DNA of 64,000 nt, from contig CAYYFX010000007.1 of the NCBI GenBank assembly GCA_964471155.1, forward strand, positions 1,346-65,345, read 5' to 3'. A program made the translations under genes and the position numbers. Below, piece after piece: positions 29,314-38,487 of the stretch (positions are counted from its first letter, which is position 1; each line of letters starts with the position of its first letter). The stretch comes from an uncultured Gemmatimonadota bacterium. Lineage in GTDB: Bacteria > ARS69. Under the pieces are notes generated by a model, which was not told the origin of the DNA, made no database searches, and worked only from the letters and a program-made list of their open reading frames with translations.

Positions 29314-31509
29314 GTGTCCGGCCCGGCCCGGCGCCCGACGGGCGGTCTGTTCGCGGCCATGGCCTTCGCCGCGGCGGGCCCGGTCGCGGCGAGCGATTGC
29401 ATCGACTACTCCGAGTGGATCCACTCCGCCGCGCGCGTGGCCACGCCCGGGAGGGCGCTGGCCGTCGCCCTCGACGGCAATCTCCTGGCCGTGGCCTGCG
29501 GCGAGGCGGGGCTGCTCCTGGTCGACGTCCGAGACCCGCTGAATCCCGTCCCCGAGACACCGATCGCGCTCCCCGGCTTCGCGCGCGACGTTGTATTGCA
29601 GGACGGGAAGGCGTTCGTCGCCTCGCGGGCCGCCGGCCTGCACGTCGTCGACGTCTCCTCGCGAACGGTCCGCGGGATCGACACGCCGGGTCTCGCGACG
29701 GCCGTCGCGCTGGACTCGGGGTACGCGTTCGTCGCGGACAACGAGTCCGGCCTGGCCGTCGTGGACGTGCGCGATCCCGACGCGGGCGTCCTGGTCGCGT
29801 CCGTCGACGTGCCGGCTCCCGCCACCGGCGTCGCGGTCCGGGGCGCATGGGCCTACGTCACCGGCCTCGGCGCGGGTGTCTTCGTCTTCGACGTCTCCGA
29901 CCCGACCGCGCCGGCGCCGGCTCTCGCGATCGACACGCCGGGTGCGGCGGAGGGCGTGGCCTGGATCGCGGACCGCGTCATCGTGGCGGACGGCGACAGC
30001 GGCGTCCGCCTCGTCGACGCGACATCGCCCGGCGCGCCCGCGGACCTCGGTTCCGTCGAGACGCCCGGCTACGCCTCCGCCGCCTCCTTGTCCGGCGATC
30101 TCGTCTGGATCGCGGACGGCCCGCAGGGCGTCCAGCTCGTCGACCTGACGGCGGCCACGCCGGTGCACGTGACCGACGTCGACACCCACGGGACGACGTC
30201 GGATCTCGTCGCGGCCGGGGGATACCTCTTCATCGCGGGAGGCCTCGCCGGGGTGGAGATCGTCGACGTCGACCCCGCGTGTCCGGCGCCGCTCGGGACG
30301 CGCGTCGCGCAGCCGGCTCGCGTGACGCGCGTCGCGGCCCGGGACGGTCTCCTGTACGCGACGCAGCGCTTCTGGCCGACCCTCGTCGTGCTCGATGTGA
30401 CCGATCCGCTCGCCCCCATCGAGCGCGGCTCCGTCCTCCTGACGAGCCGGGGGACCACCATGTGCCTCACGCTGGACGGCCCCCTCGCGTGGGTCGGCAA
30501 CTCGTCGCGGATGCTGCACGTCGCCGACGTCTCCGATCCCGACGAACCGCGACACCTGGCGACCGTCGGCACCTCCGGCCAAGTCTCGGACGTCGCGGTC
30601 GCGGGTCCCTGGGCCTTCGCGGCGACGTACGGCACCGGCGGACAGCTCGAGGTGCTGGACGCCACCGATCCCTCGGCTCCCGATCCCCTCGCGCCCGTGC
30701 CGATGCCGGACCGCGCGCGCGGCGTGCTGGTCCTGGGTTCCTGGGCCTACGTCGCCGTCGGCGCCGGCGGCCTGGTGCCCGTGGACGTGGCCGACCCCGC
30801 CGCACCCGTCGTGCATCCGGCGCTCCCGCTGCCGGCGTGGAGCGGCGAGATGGCCGCCCGCGACCCGTACGTCTACGTCGCCGGCGGCGAGGCGGGCATC
30901 CACGTGGTCGACGTGCGCGAGCCGTCCGCGCCCGTGCACCTCCGGACGGTCGACACGCCCGGGGACGCCCGGCGGCCGCTGTTCGTCCGGGGACGCCTCT
31001 ATGTCGCGGACGGGACCGCGGGGGTGATCGTCTTCGACGCATCCTCTCCGGACGGGCCCCGCCTGATCGGGTCCGTGAACACCCCGGGCGTGACGGAGGA
31101 CGTCGCGGAGACGCGCGGGACGTTGTGGATGACGGCGTGGGACGCCCTGCAGGGCGCCCCGGCGCAGTGCGCGCGGTACGACCTGCGGGACGCGCGGGCG
31201 CCCGACGCGCCGGCGTCGGATCGCGGCGCGAGCGACTGGGTGCTCGAGTCGGTCGGCCCGAATCCGGCACGCCACACCGTCCGCACCCGCATCGTCGTCG
31301 CCCGGGAGACGGACCTGGTCGCCGGGATCTACGACATCGCGGGCCGGCTGGTCCGCGAGTTGCATCGCGGCCCGGAACCCCCGGGGCGCATCTCGCTCGT
31401 CTGGGACGCCCGCGACCGGGACGGACGCACGGTCGCGCCGGGCGTGTACTTCCTCGACGTGCGATCGGCGTCCGCCGCGCGGCGCGGCAAGATCGTGATC
31501 GTCCGTTGA
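29314..31509 (+). CDS. Secreted LVIVD-repeat beta-propeller protein with a C-terminal sorting-type beta-sandwich domain
   Basis: Signal peptide (GLFAAMAFAAAGPVAAS). Many repeats of the form ...A.GLHVVDVS.../GLAVVDVRDP../GVFVFDVSDP../GVRLVDATSP.. (LVIVD repeat, PF08309-like). C-terminus NPARHTVRTRIVVARETDLVAGIYDIAGRLVRELHRG...ISLVWDARDRDGRTVAPGVYFLDVRSASAARRGKIVIVR matches the FlgD-Ig / T9SS-type CTD pattern. Confidence 0.75.
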   Translation: MSGPARRPTGGLFAAMAFAAAGPVAASDCIDYSEWIHSAARVATPGRALAVALDGNLLAVACGEAGLLLVDVRDPLNPVPETPIALPGFARDVVLQDGKAFVASRAAGLHVVDVSSRTVRGIDTPGLATAVALDSGYAFVADNESGLAVVDVRDPDAGVLVASVDVPAPATGVAVRGAWAYVTGLGAGVFVFDVSDPTAPAPALAIDTPGAAEGVAWIADRVIVADGDSGVRLVDATSPGAPADLGSVETPGYASAASLSGDLVWIADGPQGVQLVDLTAATPVHVTDVDTHGTTSDLVAAGGYLFIAGGLAGVEIVDVDPACPAPLGTRVAQPARVTRVAARDGLLYATQRFWPTLVVLDVTDPLAPIERGSVLLTSRGTTMCLTLDGPLAWVGNSSRMLHVADVSDPDEPRHLATVGTSGQVSDVAVAGPWAFAATYGTGGQLEVLDATDPSAPDPLAPVPMPDRARGVLVLGSWAYVAVGAGGLVPVDVADPAAPVVHPALPLPAWSGEMAARDPYVYVAGGEAGIHVVDVREPSAPVHLRTVDTPGDARRPLFVRGRLYVADGTAGVIVFDASSPDGPRLIGSVNTPGVTEDVAETRGTLWMTAWDALQGAPAQCARYDLRDARAPDAPASDRGASDWVLESVGPNPARHTVRTRIVVARETDLVAGIYDIAGRLVRELHRGPEPPGRISLVWDARDRDGRTVAPGVYFLDVRSASAARRGKIVIVR

Positions 31510-31523
31510 GAGGAGGGAGCGGC

Positions 31524-32750
31524 GTGAACCCGAGCATGCACCGCGCACCCCGGATCCTGGCCGCCTCCGTCGTGACGGCGGTCCTGCTGACGTCCGGGCC
31601 CGCGGCGGGTCGAACCTGGCTGGTCCTCCCCGGCGGCGGCGGCGACGCGCCGACGATCAACGCCGCCGTGGACTCCACCGCGCCCGGCGACACGATCCTC
31701 GTCGGGCCCGGAACGCACGCGGAGCAGGTGAGCCTCTACGGCTCCACGAACCTCGTGCTCCGCGGCGAGCGCGCCGCCACGACGACGATCGACGCGGGCG
31801 GGATCGGCTACGCCGTCAGCGGCTCGGTCCTCGGCGCGATCACGATCGAGGGACTGCGCCTGACCGGCGCCGTGAGCTCCTACGGCTACGGCGGCGGCGC
31901 CGTCGCGATCTCCTCGAGCGACGTATCGATCCGGGAGTGCATCCTGGAGGACTGCGACTCGTTCTCCGCGATCGACGATCGCCTGGAGATCGTCGACTCC
32001 GAGATCCGCCACACGGACGGCATCCGCTTCGGGGGCACGGAGCTGCGGGTCGCGAACTGCACGTTCGAGGAGAACGGGGCCGTCGCGGTGCAGATCTGGT
32101 GGCAGGGTCTGTGGCCGGTGCCGGCGACGACCGCGATCATCGAGGGCAGCGTGTTCCGCTCCAACGGGTACTCGTGGCAGGACTACGCCGCCGTGATCGG
32201 CTTCGAGCCGTGGGACGCCCCCCTGGATCTGCGCGTGACGGGGAACCTGTTCCTGGACAACGCCTGCGCAGGCGTCGGGGCGTCGTACGTCGGGGTCACG
32301 AGGCCCGCGGTCCGCCGGGATCTCCGCGACATCGTCATCGCGATCGTGGGGAACACGTTCGTCCGGCAGCGGCATTACTCCCTCGGCCTGCCGTACGGGT
32401 ACGACGAGCTGCCCTCGGGGACCCGGATCGAACGGAACGTGTTCACGGGCGCGCCGCGGGGACTCACGCTCAGCGGTCCCTGGGAGACGCAGGTCGTGGC
32501 GTGCAACCTGTCCTGGAACAACGGGATGAACTGGGCGGAGTTCCCCGATCCCACCGGGATCGACGGGAACCTCTCGCAGCCGCCGAAGTACTGCGCCCCC
32601 GACGCGGGGAACTTCACGTTGGCCGAGAACTCGCCGTGCCTGCCGGCCAACAACGAGTGCGGGCTCCCGATCGGCGCATTCGGCGTCGGGTGCGGGCCGA
32701 TCTCCGTGACCCCGACCACGTGGGGGAGGCTCAAGGCGGCCTACCGATAG
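31524..32750 (+). CDS. Secreted right-handed parallel beta-helix (pectate-lyase-fold) protein
   Basis: GTG at 31524 follows AGGAGGGAG, 6 nt downstream. Signal peptide (RILAASVVTAVLLTSGPAAG). Characteristic beta-helix segments (GDTILVGPGTHAEQV, NLVLRGERAATTTIDAGG, VSIRECILEDCD, LRVANCTFEENGAV, IEGSVFRSNGY, RVTGNLFLDNA). Ends ...TWGRLKAAYR. Confidence 0.65.
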   Translation: MNPSMHRAPRILAASVVTAVLLTSGPAAGRTWLVLPGGGGDAPTINAAVDSTAPGDTILVGPGTHAEQVSLYGSTNLVLRGERAATTTIDAGGIGYAVSGSVLGAITIEGLRLTGAVSSYGYGGGAVAISSSDVSIRECILEDCDSFSAIDDRLEIVDSEIRHTDGIRFGGTELRVANCTFEENGAVAVQIWWQGLWPVPATTAIIEGSVFRSNGYSWQDYAAVIGFEPWDAPLDLRVTGNLFLDNACAGVGASYVGVTRPAVRRDLRDIVIAIVGNTFVRQRHYSLGLPYGYDELPSGTRIERNVFTGAPRGLTLSGPWETQVVACNLSWNNGMNWAEFPDPTGIDGNLSQPPKYCAPDAGNFTLAENSPCLPANNECGLPIGAFGVGCGPISVTPTTWGRLKAAYR

Positions 32751-32925
32751 GCCTCCGACCGCGTGCTTCGAGGGTCACCTGCGCCGGGGGAGTCCTGCCG
32801 GGCCAGGGCGAGCGCGCCGAGGGCGGCGGCTGCGATCGCGGGTCGCATGGGTCGGGTCCTCCTCCACCGGAAGACGCGACGGATCGACCGCGAAGGTGCC
32901 ACCACCCCCGGGCACGCGCCCGGTC

Positions 32926-33927
32926 TCAGTCCTGGACCGTGATCTTCCCGTCCCGCACGTCCACGCGCACGCCGATCCCGGCGCGGTCGAGCTGCGCCTG
33001 GATCTCGTCCCGCAGCGCGGCGTCGCTCATCCCGTCCACGTCCGGCACCTCGACCGTGGTGGACCGCCCGCTCTTCGTCAGGTCCAGCACCAGCCGCGCG
33101 GCCTCGCCGTCGCGCCGGACCTTGTGGATGCGGACCTCCGCGCGGTCGGCGTCGCCGGCGCCCAGTTCCTTGCCGTCCTTCGTGAGGACGATCGCCGGCA
33201 TGGACTCCATCGCGTCCTCCGCACCCGGCGAGTCGGAGTGCCGCTCCACGCCGATCTCCACCTTCGTCTCCCCGTCCGCCGCGGTCGACACGGAGACATC
33301 CGCCGCGTCGATCCCGGCAGCCGCGAGCGCGTCACGGATCTCGGTCTCGATCTGCGTGTCGGACTTCCCGTCCGTGGCGATGCGAACCACGCGATCCGCG
33401 GCATACGCCACCACCGTGCCGGACACGCGCTCCACGCGGGGCGCGACCTCCGCCCGCGCCGCGATGCCCGCGCCGCTCAGGGCGCCGGCCAGGGCCTCGG
33501 CGTTGCGACGCACCGCCGCGCCGTCCCGCGACGGCAGCCTGGCCGCCAGCCGGAACGACATGCCCGCACCCCCGGCGTCCGCCTCCAGCCGCACGGCGTC
33601 CGCGCCCAGGATCGTCTTCATCTCGCGCGCGATCGCGGCGGCGCGCGCCGCGTCCACGCCTTCCAGCGTCAGCATCACGTCGTGGCCCACCGTCTTGTCG
33701 AACGACACGGGCAGGCCGAAGGCGACGAACGCCCCCAGCGCCACCGCGGCCAGTGTGGAGAACAGCGGTCTCATCCAGGCACTCCCTGCGCGGCGTTCCG
33801 CGCGGCTGCGGGCGCGGTGCACGGTGCGGCCGATCGCCGGCAGGTCCGCGTCCGTCTCCTCGACGAGCGCCGCGAAGTCCCGCGCGATCCCCGGATCCGC
33901 CTCGTGTCCCGTCTTGGACTCGCTCAC
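32926..33927 (-). CDS. Putative anti-sigma factor (N-terminal cytoplasmic segment, one TM helix, periplasmic domain), partner of the upstream ECF sigma factor
   Basis: Immediately downstream of the ECF sigma gene (1-nt gap). Single TM (LFSTLAAVALGAFVAFGL). No recognisable catalytic motifs. Confidence 0.5.
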   Translation of the reverse strand: MSESKTGHEADPGIARDFAALVEETDADLPAIGRTVHRARSRAERRAGSAWMRPLFSTLAAVALGAFVAFGLPVSFDKTVGHDVMLTLEGVDAARAAAIAREMKTILGADAVRLEADAGGAGMSFRLAARLPSRDGAAVRRNAEALAGALSGAGIAARAEVAPRVERVSGTVVAYAADRVVRIATDGKSDTQIETEIRDALAAAGIDAADVSVSTAADGETKVEIGVERHSDSPGAEDAMESMPAIVLTKDGKELGAGDADRAEVRIHKVRRDGEAARLVLDLTKSGRSTTVEVPDVDGMSDAALRDEIQAQLDRAGIGVRVDVRDGKITVQD

Positions 33928-33928
33928 G

Positions 33929-34561
33929 TCAGACCTCCTCGCCGGAAGCTCCGGGTCCGGTCGTCGCGGCCAGCCGGGGCATCCCCGGGGTGGCGCGCCC
34001 GGCCGTACCGCCGCGCGCCTCCGTCCCGGTTCCGTCCCCCGCCCATCCGCGACGGAGGTAATGGCGCCGCAGCCGGCCGCGCCCGCGCGAGAGTCGGGAC
34101 TTCACGCAGGACACGGTCACCCCCTGCATCGCCGCGACCTCCTCCACGGAGAACCCCTGCACGTCGTGCAGCACGATCGCCTCGCGCTGCACCGCGGGGA
34201 GGCGCGCCAGGGCCTCGCGGGCCCGGAGCGCTCCCCACCGCGCGTCGTCCCCCGGTGCGGGCGGCGCGGCGGGCTCCCGTCCCGCCGCGACGGTCTCGCC
34301 GAGCGGAAGGAAGCGGCGCCAGAAGGCGCGGCGGCAGCGCGACCGGTGCACCGAGAGCAGGACGGCGAAGAACCACGAACGGAACCGCGTCTCGTCGCGC
34401 AGCGAATCGAGATGCGTCCAGGCGCGCAGCACGGCCTCCGAAAGGAGATCGTCCCCTTCCCCGGAGTCCCGCGTGAGCCGGCGTGCCACCCCGGCTGCCG
34501 CCCCGTGGATGGGCGCGAGCAGCGCGGTGAGCCGTTGCCATCGGTCCGCGTCTTCGGTCAT
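33929..34561 (-). CDS. ECF (sigma-70 family, group IV) RNA polymerase sigma factor
   Basis: Region-2-like segment LLSEAVLRAWTHLDSLRDETRFRSWFFAVLLSV and region-4 HTH REAIVLHDVQGFSVEEVAAMQGVTVSCVKSRLSRGRGRLRR. Start taken at MTEDADRW... (210 aa). Confidence 0.75.
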   Translation of the reverse strand: MTEDADRWQRLTALLAPIHGAAAGVARRLTRDSGEGDDLLSEAVLRAWTHLDSLRDETRFRSWFFAVLLSVHRSRCRRAFWRRFLPLGETVAAGREPAAPPAPGDDARWGALRAREALARLPAVQREAIVLHDVQGFSVEEVAAMQGVTVSCVKSRLSRGRGRLRRHYLRRGWAGDGTGTEARGGTAGRATPGMPRLAATTGPGASGEEV

Positions 34562-34720
34562 CCCGCCTCGGGTCCGGCCGGCCATCCCGGCCTTCGGGAA
34601 CGGAGACGCCCGTTCCGGGCGATCCGGTCGCAGCAAACCGCGGGAAGGGGGCCGCGCCGCGCGCGCGGCTCGACGTGCCGGACGGAATCGCGCCGGGTAC
34701 GGCGGGCGCCGCGTTCCGCG

Positions 34721-35062
34721 TCAGCCGCGGACGGCGGCGATGGCCTCGCTCTCGTGCCTGTACACGTCGAAGAGCAGGTTCATCTTCGTCACGTGCAGGA
34801 GGCTGACCACGCGGTCGTTCAGCTCGCACAGGCGGATCGTGCCGCCGGCGGCCGCGAACTTCGCGCGCGCGCGCATCATGATGCCGAGCCCGGTGGAGGC
34901 CACCCACTTCACCTTCCCCAGGTTCAGCACGACGTCCAGCTTGCCCTTGCCGGCCAGATCCTCCAGGACCTCCACGAGCCGCGCGTTCTCGGGGCCGCCG
35001 TACATCTCGCCGGAAACATCCAGCACCGTGACTCCCTGCACTTCCCGCGCATCGATCTTCAT
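34721..35062 (-). CDS. STAS-domain anti-sigma-factor antagonist (SpoIIAA/RsbV-like)
   Basis: 113 aa. VTVLDVSGEMYGGPENARLVEVLEDLAGKGKLDVVLNLGKVKWVASTGLGIMMRA is typical STAS, with a conserved Ser/Thr-Gly turn. Confidence 0.8.
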   Translation of the reverse strand: MKIDAREVQGVTVLDVSGEMYGGPENARLVEVLEDLAGKGKLDVVLNLGKVKWVASTGLGIMMRARAKFAAAGGTIRLCELNDRVVSLLHVTKMNLLFDVYRHESEAIAAVRG

Positions 35063-35081
35063 GGAGGTTCCTCCGGCGGAC

Positions 35082-35429
35082 TCAGCCCAGGGTGGCGACG
35101 GCCTTGGCGGCGTCGTCGTGGACTTCGAACACGGTGGGCACGACCCCGCAGATCTTCAGGACCTTGAGCACGCGATCCGGAACCGCGCAAAGCGCCAGGG
35201 TGGCGTTCTCGCGCTTCGCCGACGCGTAGGCCGAGATCAGGACCCCGATCCCCAGCGAGTTGGCCCAGGGCACGTTGGCCAAGTCCAGAACGATGCTCCG
35301 GCGGCCCTTTCCGAGGAGCTCCCGGATGGTCTCGTGGACCTTGCCCGTCTCCGGGCCGCCGTCGAGACGCCCGTTGAGCTCCAGGACGGTGACGTTTCCC
35401 TGGTCACGGGTGGCGATCTGGAGCGACAT
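35082..35429 (-). CDS. STAS-domain anti-sigma-factor antagonist (second copy)
   Basis: 115 aa. VTVLELNGRLDGGPETGKVHETIRELLGKGRRSIVLDLANVPWANSLGIGVLISA. ATG preceded by GGAGAG. The long track ORF containing it is otherwise an alternate-frame shadow. Confidence 0.8.
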   Translation of the reverse strand: MSLQIATRDQGNVTVLELNGRLDGGPETGKVHETIRELLGKGRRSIVLDLANVPWANSLGIGVLISAYASAKRENATLALCAVPDRVLKVLKICGVVPTVFEVHDDAAKAVATLG

Positions 35430-35530
35430 GGGCTCTCCTCGGCGCGCTCGGGGCGGGATGGCAGGGTGGCAATGTAGCGCGGGGAGGCGGGGGCCGCAAG
35501 ATGGCGCCTCCGGGGTCCGGCGGCCCCGTC

Positions 35531-37495
35531 CTACGGCGAGGAGGCGGTGGTGTCCGCGGCAGGGGGCGCGGAGCCCGCCCCGGCCTCCTCGGCGCGCTGC
35601 AGGGCCTGGGCGGCCTCGGCGCGGAAGCGGGTGGCCTCCGCCTCGCGGCCGCGGGCGGTCAGGTACTCGGACCACGCGAGAAGCGCGTCCACGGTGGCGT
35701 TCTCCGCGACCGCCGCGAGCTGAAGGTGGTTCGCGTAGCCGGTCGTGTCGGCGCGGTCGCGCGCGGCTACGGCGAGGAGCTGGTTCGTGGGGCCGTCGTC
35801 GGGATCCGCCTTCCACGCCTTCCGCCACCAGTGCTCGGCCTCGTCCAGGTTGTCCGCGGCGTACTCGAGCAGGCCCAGGTTGACCCAGCACGGCGTGTAG
35901 CCGGGGTTCAGGGCCATCGCGATCTCGTACGCCTCGCGCCCCTCCGTGAAGCGGCCCTGCAGCCGGTAGCACGTGCCCAGGTCCTGCCAGGAGTCGAAGA
36001 ACGTGGGGGCGACGCGCGTGGCCTCCTCGTTGAGGAGCGTGGAGCGGGCCAGGTCGCCGGCGGTGCGCGCGGCGATGGCCAAGCGGACCAGCTTGCGCTC
36101 CGGGTACTCGTCCAGCCATCGCCGGATCTCCGCCTCCATCTCCTCCGTGCGGCCCGTGCGCTTCAGGTAGGCGACCGAGTGGTACGTGGCGTTGCGCCCG
36201 CGTGCGGGGTCGAGGGCGAGGTGCCGGCGGAACTGCTCGTAGGCGGCCGGCTCGTCGCGGTTCATCGCCACGCGCGGCGCGAGGACCAGCGCGCCGAGCG
36301 CCGCCGCGAGGAGCACGGGGCGCCCGGCCGCGGGGTCCTTGTCCATGCGCGCCAGCAGCGGCACGGCCAGCGCCAGCAGCAGCGGCGGCCCCGCGAAGGC
36401 GAACAGGTCCCAGTCGCGCGGCATGCCGAGCTTCGGATCGAAGAGGAACACGCCGAGCCAGGCGCAGGCCGCCGTCACGGCGAGGAACGTCACGGCCGGA
36501 TCGCGCGGCGCGCGCGCGCCGCGACGCCGCCCCGCCCCGTGCGCGACCGCGAGCACGACGATGCCGGGGACGAGCAGCAGCGCCAGGTTCGCCACGTCCA
36601 GCAGGTGCGCGGGCGAGAACCACGTGTACCCCGGCGCGCCGAAGCGCCAGGCCACGGCCGGAACGAAGAGGAGCGCGCGGGAGAGTTCGCGGGTCACGAA
36701 CCAGGCGGCGCCGGCCGCGCCCGCGACGCCCGCCAGGACCAGGGGCACGGCGAGCCGCCGCCACGGGAGGCGCGCCGGCTTGAACAGCATCAGCAGCGGC
36801 GGCACGAGCAGGAGCCCCAGCACGTGCAGCGCCGCCGCCGCGGGGACGAGGAGCGCCGGCAGCCACCGCCGCCCGCCCGTGCGCGCGGCGTGCGCGCCGG
36901 ACATGGCGAACGCGGTGACCCCCAGGACCAGCGTCGCGTAGTTCTCGAAGTACCCGAAGAACTGCAGCGACCACCCCCCGGTGAGCAGCGCCGCCGCGAG
37001 CAGGAACCGGGCGTCGCGACCCGGCACCAGCGGCCGGGCCAGCAGCCAGGCGACCGCCACGAACAGGAGGCCGGAGACCCCGGCGTAGACGGCGTAGGCC
37101 GCCCGGGCCGCCGCCTCCGGGTCGGCGGGGATCAGACGCCGGACGCCCAGGAGGAGCAGCCAGGTCCCGGCCGAGGTCAGCTTCGGCGGGGGCCGGCTCT
37201 CGCCGAGCATGCCCACGTTCTGGGCGCCGTCCCCGAGGAACCACGCCGTGGCGCGGAACGCGCCGAACAGCGCGGCCGCGACCGCGAGCAGGAGCGGCAG
37301 GACCGCCCGCTCCGGGAGGGACGGTAGCCGCGGCCGGGCCCGGACGGCGAAGGGAACCGCGACGAGCAGGATCGCGAGGATCGCCTGCATGGCCGGGGAG
37401 GCCCAGGCGGCCGCCTCGGCCCCCCACGTCCGCCCCACCGGCGCGAGGGCGACCGCCACGAAGATCGCCCCCGTGATCGCGTAGGCCACCCACAT
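35531..37495 (-). CDS. Polytopic membrane protein with a C-terminal TPR domain (GT-C/TMTC-like architecture)
   Basis: Start MWVAYAITGAIFVAVALA. About 12 TM helices, then TPR repeats (ATYHSVAYLKRTGRTEEMEAEIRRWLDEYPERKLVRL..., LGTCYRLQGRFTEGREAYEIAMALNPGYTPCWVNLGLLEYAADNLDEAEHWWRKAWKADPDD). The upstream 205 codons of the track ORF are judged non-coding. Confidence 0.6.
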   Translation of the reverse strand: MWVAYAITGAIFVAVALAPVGRTWGAEAAAWASPAMQAILAILLVAVPFAVRARPRLPSLPERAVLPLLLAVAAALFGAFRATAWFLGDGAQNVGMLGESRPPPKLTSAGTWLLLLGVRRLIPADPEAAARAAYAVYAGVSGLLFVAVAWLLARPLVPGRDARFLLAAALLTGGWSLQFFGYFENYATLVLGVTAFAMSGAHAARTGGRRWLPALLVPAAAALHVLGLLLVPPLLMLFKPARLPWRRLAVPLVLAGVAGAAGAAWFVTRELSRALLFVPAVAWRFGAPGYTWFSPAHLLDVANLALLLVPGIVVLAVAHGAGRRRGARAPRDPAVTFLAVTAACAWLGVFLFDPKLGMPRDWDLFAFAGPPLLLALAVPLLARMDKDPAAGRPVLLAAALGALVLAPRVAMNRDEPAAYEQFRRHLALDPARGRNATYHSVAYLKRTGRTEEMEAEIRRWLDEYPERKLVRLAIAARTAGDLARSTLLNEEATRVAPTFFDSWQDLGTCYRLQGRFTEGREAYEIAMALNPGYTPCWVNLGLLEYAADNLDEAEHWWRKAWKADPDDGPTNQLLAVAARDRADTTGYANHLQLAAVAENATVDALLAWSEYLTARGREAEATRFRAEAAQALQRAEEAGAGSAPPAADTTASSP

Positions 37496-37667
37496 GCGGC
37501 GCGCTCCCGTTCCGGATGACCCGACCGACGCGGCATGATACCCGGTTCCGGGCGAGCTCCCGGCCCATCCCCGGGCGAACGCCCCCGGGGCTCGTCCGGA
37601 AGCGCCGAGCGTGGTATTTTGCGAGGCGGCGGCCGTGACCCGCTCCCGCCAACCGCCCGGAGACCGA

Positions 37668-38144
37668 ATGCCCACGTCCACCGAACAGTACCTCGCCCTG
37701 TTCGAAGAGATCCGCTTCGTCCCCTCGCTCAAGGCCCGTTCCAAGGCCGCCGCGCTCAAGGAGCTGGCGGACGCCCTGGCCGCCGACCCGGAGATCCACC
37801 ACCCCAACGTGATCCTCGAGGCGTTCGCCTCGCGCGAGAAGCTCGGGTCCACCGGAATCGGCAAGGAAGTGGCCATTCCGCACACCCGCACCGTGTCCGT
37901 GGGCCGGCTGAAGGTCCTGGTCGCCCGCTGCCCGAAGGGGCTGGACTGGGACGCGGCGGACAACAAGGCCGTGAAGCTGTTCTTCGTGGTCGTGGCGCCG
38001 CCGGTGGAGCGTTCGCCCGTGTACCTGCCCCTGCTCGGCGCGCTCGTGGGCGCCGTCCAGAAGAAGAAGCATCGCGACGCCCTGATCGCGGCGGAGACCT
38101 GGGACGACATGCGCGCCGCGCTGGAGGAGGCGTTCCGTGGCTGA
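37668..38144 (+). CDS. ptsN: PTS EIIA-Ntr-type nitrogen regulatory protein (fructose/mannitol-family IIA domain)
   Basis: ...KELADALAADPEIHHPNVILEAFASREKLGSTGIGKEVAIPHTR...KLFFVVVAPP... The G.GIA.PH active-site His region matches EIIA(Ntr). ATG preceded by GGAGAC. Confidence 0.75.
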   Translation: MPTSTEQYLALFEEIRFVPSLKARSKAAALKELADALAADPEIHHPNVILEAFASREKLGSTGIGKEVAIPHTRTVSVGRLKVLVARCPKGLDWDAADNKAVKLFFVVVAPPVERSPVYLPLLGALVGAVQKKKHRDALIAAETWDDMRAALEEAFRG

Positions 38145-38469
38145 CGAGCAGCGGCTGGCGGCGCTCCAGGACATCGACCTGATGATCCGCGAGCGCAAGA
38201 GCGAGGAGGATCTCGGGTTCAACGTGGAAGGGATCGCGTCGCTCGAGGCGGCGCGCGCCAAGCTGGCCGAAGGGATCGACGGGCGCACGCTGCGCCTGTA
38301 CGAGAGACTCGCGAAGCGCTACGACCGCGCCGTGGTCCCCGTCATCGAGCATCGCTGCCTCGGCTGCTCCATGACGGTGCCCACCGCGAAGCGCAAGCTG
38401 GGCGGGAGCGGAACCGCTTCCACCCTCGTGACCTGCGAGAGCTGCGGCCGGATCCTCTTCTTCGTGTGA
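38137..38469 (+). CDS. C4-type zinc-ribbon protein (zf-RING_7-like)
   Basis: 110 aa. Coiled-coil N-terminal half, C-terminal HRCLGCSMTVPTAKRK...LVTCESCGRILFFV (two CxxC pairs). GTG start overlapping the ptsN stop. Confidence 0.5.
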   Translation: MADEQRLAALQDIDLMIRERKSEEDLGFNVEGIASLEAARAKLAEGIDGRTLRLYERLAKRYDRAVVPVIEHRCLGCSMTVPTAKRKLGGSGTASTLVTCESCGRILFFV

Positions 38470-38487
38470 CCGGCCGCGGGGAGACCC

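Noticed and set aside
32741-32848. 35-codon minus-strand ORF (MRPAIAAAALGALALARQDSPGAG...) with a strong GGAGGAGG upstream
   Set aside because: It is too short for a signal-peptide protein, overlaps the 3' end of the beta-helix gene convergently, and has no conservation cues. It is probably a chance ORF, although a small peptide cannot be excluded.
37496-37667. Sigma-54 (-24/-12) promoter upstream of ptsN (tggtattttgcg)
   Set aside because: The GG and GC elements are only 6 nt apart instead of the ~10 required. Probably a chance match.
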